A stretch of DNA of 64,000 nucleotides, taken from Auanema rhodensis (taxonomy: Eukaryota > Animalia > Nematoda). The DNA lies in NCBI GenBank assembly GCA_964057225.1, contig OZ059899.1:7316001-7380000 (forward strand). The letters are read 5' to 3'. Under the pieces are notes generated by a model. The model was not told the origin of the DNA and searched no databases. It worked only from the letters and a program-made list of their open reading frames with translations. Made by a program: the position numbers and the translations under genes. Positions 54,942 to 64,000 of this stretch are shown here, one piece after another (position 1 is the stretch's first letter; the number at the start of each line of letters is the position of its first letter).

Positions 54942-56642
54942 ATCTCGTCCTTATTCGAAAAACTGATTCTTCTTCTTCTTCCACCAAAGTCAATGGGAGG
55001 AGTCTGCACCGCCTCCCCTCTCAACTCAACACCATCTAAGATTGTAGGCGGGTTAACTTAAAAGGCTACTGTAATGGGCATGAGTTCTATTGTCTCAACC
55101 AAAAAAAAACGGTCAAGTTGAAAGAAATACAACTTTTTTTTAACAAAAAATGAAATTGTAGATTAAAATGTGAAAATCTCATAGAATTTTCAAAATTCTT
55201 TGAAAATATAAAAAAAACATCTGTTGTTGAAGAAGGAAGGTAATTACAGAAATCTGTTAGATAACACTTCATACAAAGGTCGTCAATAGCACAGCATGAA
55301 TGTCATTTTTTTCAATTATGATTAGATTTTGAATAAAATTAGATAAGAATCTTCTAGAGTTCGAAGAAATTATAAGTATCTACGTAACTAAAATGAAACA
55401 TTAGACTTATGAATAACATTTTAAGTAATTATCTTTGAGGGCAATCGAAGGCTGACAGAGTGCTCCCGACGGGAAGAAAATACATCAACTGATAGTTCAA
55501 GATATTATCTTGATGTCTGCGGGATGTCAAGATTGTTCCAAACCCCTCACAGCTCGTTAACCGTAACGAAATTTCTAGCCAATAAGGACAGTCTTCTCTT
55601 TTGTGCCAGATAAAGCCTTAGCAAATGCTTGAAAAGAGATTCCACCAAGAACTTTGCCAAGTTGCGGTTTGTATGAAGAGCAAGGACAGTTTGCCTATAA
55701 ATTTGTTCTTCCTCCTACTTTTTATGAGTTTCGGCTGGCGACAGAACTTCTCATCTAAACCTCTAATTACATTCTTCTGCCGACAGTCTCCTAATGCTTC
55801 AGACAGTTAATCCTCCTAAGATCGAGAAAGCCTAAATTATTTCTATTCGTTATATTGCAAATGAAGATGGTTTTTCCTTACTAAAAATTTTTATTAAACA
55901 CAACCGTTCATCATCTTTACTATAATACAAATAAGAATGAATTGAATTTAAATTTAGACTTTTACTAATTTATAAAACTTCATTTCGGAGTTATAAGCTA
56001 CAAATTTAATTAAATAAATTAGAAATTAGAAATAAAAACAATATATATATATATATATATATATATTTATCCCATATATTATTTAGCATAAACTTTTGTT
56101 TTCTAAGCAACGCTTTGTCATACAAAATACGGCATCAACTTGTTCAAGTTCGGGTACACTTTTCAGCAAAGATAACGCTGCGATACCAAAAACAGTATGA
56201 AATAGAGCATTCAAGTGCTGTATAATACACATGAGTGTGGTGGAATTAGATTTTGTGATTTTTTTAGTCAAAATTAGAAAGCTGACAGGGAAATTTATTT
56301 CATAACATTAGCATTCAAGTATTAAATTTGCAATAGTAAAATTTTTTGAAACAAATAAAACTGAAGCCATTTATTACGTTTGTTAATAAATTGTTTATTT
56401 ACGAAACTCTCAAACCTGTGTTTTTAGAACTTTAATATTGCGATGTGGAATCGAAATGTTATGATTGCTCATTCTGGATTGAAATGCGCTCCAGTACAAA
56501 TAACCTGTTTTGGTCAGCTTTATCAGCTTATTACATATATATAAACATATATAAAAGCTATAGAGATGCTATTTTTATACTTGAAGATATTCTGTTCTGT
56601 TATCTCGAAAACTTTTAAATTATTGAGTTATTGATTTTACTA

Positions 56643-56652
56643 ATCACGTGAC
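56643..56652. promoter_or_regulatory. CLEAR-type E-box (HLH-30/TFEB site) upstream of atg-16
   Basis: ATCACGTGAC, ~50 bp before the ATG; 9/10 match to the CLEAR consensus GTCACGTGAC. Confidence 0.6.
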
Positions 56653-56701
56653 AAAGTTTTTCTTCCCTTGATTGAAACAAAAAAAAAACAAAAATATTCA
56701 G

Positions 56702-59016
56702 ATGTCGATACCTCCATCTACTTCTACAGATTATCGACAAGAAATAATTTCCCGATTAGAACATCAAAATGATAAATTGCGCTTGGTTGAACGGTTATTC
56801 TCAAATTGTGCGTTTTAATAAGGTCTTCATTCTAACGATAATGATGTTTAGATGCTCTTCTTGTTGATGATTTAGCCAATGCTCGATTACATAGTGGAAG
56901 GAATAGAACTATGAGTTCTGGGTTTGAAACTAACTTGTCAGTTGTATATTTAATGGCTTCAGAAATACTTCGTCTGAAGTTCTTATTTTGCGAGAAGAGA
57001 TGTCTTTACTGTACAGACAGAAAAATAAAAATGATCAGGTTACGCTTATTACTCTAAAGATTGATACGATGACACATACTTTTAGGATCTAATAGAAGCT
57101 AATAGAAAATTATCAGAAAGCCAAATAGTTTTAGCTCAAATAGTAGAAGAGTTAATAATAATTATATGTTATTTATTACGATCCAACTATTTTACAGCAG
57201 AGATAAGTTACAAGCTGACCACTCTAAACTATGTGCTCGTATAGCCGATTTGGAAGTAGTTCTTAGCAAAGTGATTAAAATATAGTGAATTTTTACGCAA
57301 CTACGCTTATATTTAGACAAAAGAAGAGAAAGCAACTTTATACGATGAATGGATAGCACTTTTAGCTGTGTCGAGAACGCAAAAGGAAAAAATTCTTGGC
57401 TTGGAAAATGAACAAATTCGCCTTATCAACAAAATTAAAGAATTAAATGAGCAAAAAGCTATGAGAATGAACGAAGAAATAGAGAATCAGGCTGCGTAAG
57501 TTATTTTACACATAGTGTTTTAGCTCATTTCAAATTTTCTCTATTTTCTTTAGACTTCAACAGAGACGCATTCAGGAGGACATTGCTAGGGCTATTGCTG
57601 AACCTGTCAAGGAAGAAAGAACGTATTTATATTGGATATAATTGTGTTTCAACATTGCTTGATATTTTAGACGAACTCTTTCAACTAATTCAATACCTAG
57701 TGATTTTGCATTGGGCGATGTAATCCCTGGTCGTTTGACATCCCGAACAGTTCGTTATTAATTATTTTAACAGTTCAATAATTATTTTAGGAGGTTAACG
57801 ATGGGGAAGTTCTAGATGTGCTTTGGCTAACTCCAGAAGTTTTTGCCACAGCGGGTGTTGATAAATTTGTCAAGTTGTACAGGATGGATGGTAATGGGAA
57901 GCCTAATAGGCTGTTAGTCTAATTTATAACTTTCTAAAAACACGAAATATTTAAGATGCACATTATCAGGCAGTAATCTAGCTACTACTCGATTAGATTA
58001 TGCAGCAGATTCAAAAAGTATCTTAGCCTCATCAAATGATCATAATATTCGCTTATGGAATATCGAGACGCAGCAAAGCAAAGTGATATTTTATAATATC
58101 TTATATATGTTTATGTTTTTTGTTGCAGTGTACCTTTTCCGGGCACTCGGATAAAGTTCTTTCAGCTCGTTTTCATCAATCTCATCAGTTTGTTTCGGGC
58201 TCGTACGATCGCTCTATTAAGGTATGGGATTTGCGATATCAAAAGAGTGAGTATAATTATATGAAACTACTTTATAAGCATTTTATTTAGTTTTAACGTC
58301 TTACTTTCCCGGATCGGCAGTGCATGATGTTTGTGGAAATATGTTCAATGGAGGATCATCATTTTTATCAGGTTTTCAATTTAATATGTCCGAAGCAATT
58401 TTAATATTGTACTCAGGACACTTCGATAAAAAAATTCGATTATGGGATGGAAGGGATTCCCAGCCTTGTAATGTAGTTGAAATGGGTGGAAAAATTACTT
58501 CACTGGACATTGCTTCTGGTAAAATATTTCTTGCAATCAATTAAATACTTAATATATTTAGATGGATACAGCGTATTATGTTCTTCACGTGATGACACTC
58601 TTTCTCTCATTGATGTACGGAACTTCCGTATTGTACATAGCTATAGGTTTTTCTTAGGTTTTGGTATTTACTATGATTTGATTTTCTTTCAGTGCCGAAC
58701 AATATCATACAGCATCTGACTTTTCTCGTTGTTCTATCTCCCCATCGATGGAATATTGTGTGGCGGGGTTCGCATATTCTAGTTGGTCTATATAGTTTTT
58801 AATTTTGCAGATCAAGCAACGGTGCCGTGTTTATTTGGAATTTACACTCAACTAAACTAGAAAAATGTCTTGTTAGGGGACACGAGTAAGTTATCATAAT
58901 TTCAAAAGAGTTATTATTTTCCGTTTAGTCATCCTGTGTTATCAGTAAATTGGAATATATCTGGGAAAGGTATTCTCAGTAGTGACCGACAGCGAAACGT
59001 GGTTTACTGGTTGTAA
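56702..59016 (+). CDS. atg-16: ATG16L-type autophagy protein (ATG5-binding helix, coiled coil, WD40 repeats)
   Basis: YRQEIISRL N-terminal helix, coiled coil (LYRQKNKNDQDLIEANRKL), WD40 repeats FSGHSDKV, GSYDRSIKVWDL, SGHFDKKIRLWD, SSRDDTL, GAVFIWN; stop TAA 59014-59016. Confidence 0.9.
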
Positions 59017-59299
59017 CATTCCATTTGAAAAAATTGCTCAGTTTTGTTTCATACTTGATCTAGATCTTTCTTGTACGTTTTATACCACAACAGTAACTAA
59101 AATTATTCTTGAAGATGTACGTAAATGAGCTTTATTTTATAATTACCCATAATATATTAAGCATAACATTACGTGAGATCGGAATTTGTCTTTAAGACCA
59201 AAGTAGGAGGTGAACATAAAATTTCAAGCTTCAATAAAAAAAATTGAAGAACCAGGTTCATTTCTGGCACTAGTTAGATAATGTATAATATTTTCAAAA

Positions 59300-60798
59300 T
59301 TACGCCTTCGAAAGAAGAGGTGGAGCTGATGGGTATGGTGTTAGTTCAGCTCGTTCAGCCAATCTTCTATTCCTTGCAGTCCGACGTTTCTTAAACCAAA
59401 CCGCACAGCAACAACATGGTGTGCAGAAACAGATGATGCAGCAACAACAACAAATTGGCAAAACGCAGAGAAGAGTTAATACAATCATCCTAAAAATGAC
59501 ATATAAGGAATCACGAAATTGAATAATATACTTTTAATATCTTACCAAAGTAAGGATTTATATTGGTCCGGAAGTAAATGATATAGCCATTGAATAATAC
59601 CGGCATAATCAAATGTAAGCAAAGATATCCATATAGATGGAACATCATCATCTTCCGACATAACTCAATAACTACTTATCTTTCGAAAGTTTCAAAAGTT
59701 TGAGAACTCTCAAACCAAATTGCAATCGAGAAGCTATAGAAGGAATGATATATGCAAGCAACAAAAGCTTGTGGCTTATAAGCCAATCAATACTGGCACC
59801 GCTACAGCAGTACTTAATTATTTTCAATGTTAGCGAATTTAAAGAGCAACAGTAAAATACCACTATTCATTTAAAAGGAAAAATTATTAATGTTTAAAAA
59901 TTGCTCCCACTATTCGAGGATGTTATTATGAAACGCATTTCAAGAATAAACGGAAGGAGGGCAAAATTTCATTCTTTTCAATTTTCAATAACTACTAACC
60001 ACTGCCAATCTACGTCGTGGCATTGGTCTTCGGATCCCTCGGCAAGTTCATACACTCGACGAACCATATTCATTCTTTCAAGTAAGCATTTGACTCCAGA
60101 CTTTACTATTTTCTTCGTAACAGAATGTATGGTAGGATCTTCCATCACACGAGTAACAAACACAAAATGAAAATGATAATGATAATAGAAGTAGAATGCT
60201 GCTTAGAGTTTATGAGAAAGCTTAACTACCTCACTCTTACTTCTCATGTGTACATTGCCGTCGATAGAAAGAAAAATAGAATTTTCGGCAACTAGTTTCC
60301 GCCATTATTCCCAAGGACTCAAACATATCAAAATTACTTTGAAAATTTTTGCTACAATGTAGAATGAAATATAATAAAAGCCTGGGGTTCTTCTACTCTT
60401 CAAGCAAACTGTTTCACCTTGAAACATTGAAATTTTCAGGTATGCTTATTTGTGTATTCATTGAAACTTACGATCGGAGCCCAGGAGCACACGCAACCAT
60501 TGGAGTAGTTGAATCATTACAACTATCAGCATAATAGCAACTCATATAACATGCTTCCAGACAGTTTTCCATTTTGTTAAAACAAGAAACTGACATTCCT
60601 AAAAAAATAGAAGAAAATAAATATATTAGAAACATTTCTCACCTGATATGGATGTTCCACCTACTTCGTGAATATCCTCAGAGCCTTTAGGAACATTTCC
60701 ATTTACACAAATATCTTTAAATTAAAAATTGTAAGGTTAACTATAATTATAAATAACTTACATAACAGAGAAAATATTATAACATCGATACTAATCAT
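59300..60798 (-). CDS. Small single-pass membrane protein with a Cys-rich juxtamembrane cluster; two possible 5' ends
   Basis: The last exon 59300-59489 (TM + CCCC..C.C.PCCCC + basic patch + PYPSAPP) accepts phase-2 splicing either from exon 59546-59661 (MSEDDDVPSIW...) or from exons 60762-60798, 60643-60714 and 60472-60598 (signal peptide + Cys-rich ectodomain). Confidence 0.6.
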
Positions 60799-61387
60799 AC
60801 TATATTATGTAAAATATGAAACCTTATACTCAATTGACTTATGTAACTCAGTGGCAAAAAACTATTGAACCTATTCCTGAAATGAATCAGCATTGTATTG
60901 AAAATCTAAGTAACTAATATTTCAAATCTTGCAACATTCCGTAACGAAGAATATTGTTGATCACGTGGGAATAAATTGTGCAAAATAAGCAAAGTTTAGT
61001 TTGGTAGTTTTTATTTTTTTTCTCTTGTTATCTTTTGTAAATATTAAGTTAGCAAAACTGATTATTTAAGACAAAAAGATTAATAATCATACAAGAATTG
61101 AAAACGAAAAATCAAAAATCAAAATCGTGCATATTAATAAAAATATCTTCAAATATCGTATTCAAAAAAATATGTAGGAACAAAATCTATTTACCATGTT
61201 TAATGTGATCGATCGTTGTAATGCAGAACAAATCAATAATGCTATTTGACCACATTTATATTAGATTTAAAAATATATTTTTAGCATATAAACATATACA
61301 ATGTATGAAGTAAATGGGACTTAAATCACAGACAGGAAATCTTGGATATAATATAAGGCTTCTTAAATAAAGCGAAGTTCAAAGTTT

Positions 61388-64000
61388 TTACATTAATAGT
61401 CGATCCTAAATAATATTGCATTGATTGTAGGTTTCAATTTCAGAATATTCCAAAACATACTAATAACTTACTTCGCGAATTATTAAATAACAGCAAAACA
61501 GAAAGACAACAGTGAAAGCACCCAATATAATCATAGTCTGGTACATTTCGAAAAAAAGAAAACAGTAAGTGAAAAAGTAAAGAACACATACGATAGTCTT
61601 CCCCAGACAGACCCAGAGTGCTGGATGATTTTTTTCCCCTTACAGTAATTGATACACATATATTCTAAAAAAACACAAGTATGAAATCAGTTACTATATA
61701 AAGTTACCAACATTTTCACAATACCCAGTAATACATTTATCATTATCACTTAACTTGAAATCGTCATAGGGTTCACATGTACCATTGTCTTTCCGACAAC
61801 ATCTCCTACAAGCATTTTCAGCTGAAAAAAATACAATTATTCCATGATTTAAACATTTGTACCTTTTTCACAAAGACAATGTTTAAGTTTACGGTGCCTG
61901 CAAAATTCAATACATTTGCCATTCACACATACTCCTTGATCAGCACACTCTTCGAAATTGTGTAACTTCTCTGGTATTGGACATTCGCGAGATCTACCGC
62001 TGTAAAATATGAAATTAGAAAAAAATAATAACAAGTAACAATCATACTTGCAAGTAGATGCTGCTAGACATTCGAGTTGAGCACGAGGAGCGCATTCATG
62101 CTCCGCGTTGTGAAATGTGCAATCAGCTGTACAACAGGGATGATTATACGGAGAACATACCGAACCATTTGTGAAACGGCAGTCTGATGTGCAACATTTA
62201 TATTCTTTGAAATTAATTGTTATACCCTTAACAGATTACTTGAAAAAAATACCTGTACCATCACAATCTTCGTTCAGCTCAACTACTCCATTTCCACAAT
62301 AACTACTACGTTCTTCCTTTAAAATAATTATGATACGAAAAGAACAACTATATTCAAGACGCACCTTGAAACATGATGCTCTATTATGGAGAAATTTACC
62401 AATTTGGGCAATGGAGCAATTCGAAAATTTCTAAATTGATTTTTAAGAATATACTTTATCAGGATTCTTACATCGTGTGTTTGTTTCAAACCTGACACGG
62501 CTCTTGGTGCCATTATATATTTCTCTTTCACCAAAGTGTTTTTACATACATCTCCGTCGTGAGATGCTCCCCAAGCATGCCCATATTCTAAATACAATAT
62601 TTATGCTCAAAAAGAGTGAACTAACAAAATATACCATGTGCAGCTACGATCTCTGTTTCTCTTGAAAGCAAAGGTAAACCAGAAATAAATCCTACTGTAA
62701 GCAAAACATTTTGATTTGTTATGTTCTGAAGATTACAAACAATCAAAGACGTATATTAATGTATACTTCAGATATTACGTTCTGTGTGTTGTACTTTCCA
62801 CAAATACCGAAATTAGGGGCTTTTCCTTCAAAGGCACAACCTAGCACACCATCATCAGCTAACTGTTTACCAGTAATCAAATGCCTCAGACAGTAGTCGT
62901 TCCACATTTCACTTTGGCTAAAAGCCTGAAAAAGATTCATACCAAATTTGTTATCTTATCAATCAAAATAAATGAATTCACATTTAATAAGTCAGTTGAA
63001 TTCCACACTTTACCAGAAAAGTTAAAATGGTTACTGTCGTTTGACGGTGTGTTATGAATTACCATAGCTTCAATTTGCATACCAACATTAACAAATCTCA
63101 AAATAGCAGGTTGAGAAGAATAGTTCACATGAATAGTACCTTTCTGTTATCGGATTATCTTCTTGGTTTGTAGTAAACTGATCAAAATCTGTTCTTGTAA
63201 ATATCTTATTCACTTGAGCAATAAACTTAATCTGAAGTAGATAATATAATAATACGTCATTCCATAAATAATTTACAATATATTTTGATACTCTTGCAGC
63301 ATCAGAACGACCTACTCTTTGAAAGTAATCATAATCGGCGACAACTTTAACACCACAACGATTTTTTTTAACTGGGACGCCAGTCGACTGCTGAAGTTTG
63401 TCAATTTTTAAAACTAATATGAACTTCACTAACGTCTTGCCTCTTCTTTCGGTACTTCGTGAACGGATTAATCGCATCAGAAGAACTGGGAGCATATCTT
63501 TTCTGTATTGCATATAATTAAAATTTGTTTAATTGTTCTCGAGTTGTCTACCATATTTTTTTGTTTATAAAGTAAAACGGATTCGGATCTGGGGCTTTCA
63601 AGCCAATCAGAACCTCGGTAGACTATCATATCACTAAACAATTATACCAGTAAAAGCGCATTTAGTTGCTATCACTGACGATTTCAAAACATTTTTCAAA
63701 TGAATATCTGCAGGCTCAATGAAAATAGTATCGTTACCGGTATTGAGAAAACCAATAAAGACACCAGGTTCCAATTCATGGAGAGTGGCAGTAATGGAAG
63801 GATCATCTGTTTCAAAACCTCAATACTTCAAGTAATTAAAATTTCTATTTACCCGATTTGTATCCTTCATAGCCTGCTAAATCAGAATAGCGTAATATCG
63901 AAGAATCAGTTGCAATTTTAATATTTTTACTCAATGGAGGACGTCCCAACGTCAATTTAATGTTAAAATGTTCCCCTTAAAAATTTTAAGAGTATCCATT
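61388..64000 (-). CDS. ADAM17/ADM-4-like metalloprotease; 5' end beyond window, 3' end ambiguous
   Basis: Prodomain (TIFIEPA, MIVYRGSD), furin site RKKR, RC.VKVVADY, zinc motif HEYGHAWGASHD split by an intron, Met-turn YIM, disintegrin CGNGVVE..EDCD and CSPYNHPCC, membrane-proximal Cys domain, TM-like segment near 61480-61540. Confidence 0.85.

Noticed and set aside
61629-61639. G GGA AAA slippery heptamer in the ADAM gene as a programmed -1 frameshift
   Set aside because: The -1 frame meets a stop after the next splice. The TM is in the +1 frame, and no stimulatory structure is evident.

Overview
AT-rich, gene-dense, intron-rich eukaryotic DNA from a rhabditid-type nematode. Support for that assignment: introns are mostly about 40-60 nt, TTTCAG-type acceptors sit just before start codons, genes show operon-like spacing, and proteins closely resemble C. 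elegans orthologues. The ORF track mostly shows exon fragments, so I rebuilt gene models by hand across GT-AG introns. Genes left to right: daf-11-like receptor guanylyl cyclase (3' part), S28 peptidase with an intronic tRNA-Ser, a ~640-bp foldback/MITE, IMPACT, NAA50, pi-class GST, CHIP/chn-1, a GNAT-JmjC (JMJD5) fusion, a tiny three-exon PKA inhibitor (PKI) gene within ~10 kb of CRE-rich non-coding DNA, an SLC22-like transporter, IWS1, RTEL-1 (with a 7TM gene nested antisense in a 3.1-kb intron), RRNAD1, Gemin7, RPL23A, GLIT-1 (hosting one or two intronic H/ACA snoRNAs), two mosaic tandem sulfotransferases, AQP-8, LIN-32, ATG-16, a small Cys-rich membrane protein and an ADAM17-like protease truncated by the window end. 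Best candidates for under-described biology: (1) a PKI gene surrounded by CRE sites, suggesting a cAMP-PKA-CREB-PKI feedback loop; (2) a bacterial-type YjcF/ElaA acetyltransferase fused to JMJD5, with a stop codon overlapping the joining splice donor; (3) an intronic H/ACA RNA with a predicted peptidyl-transferase-centre target. Orthologue names come from recognising motifs, not from database searches.
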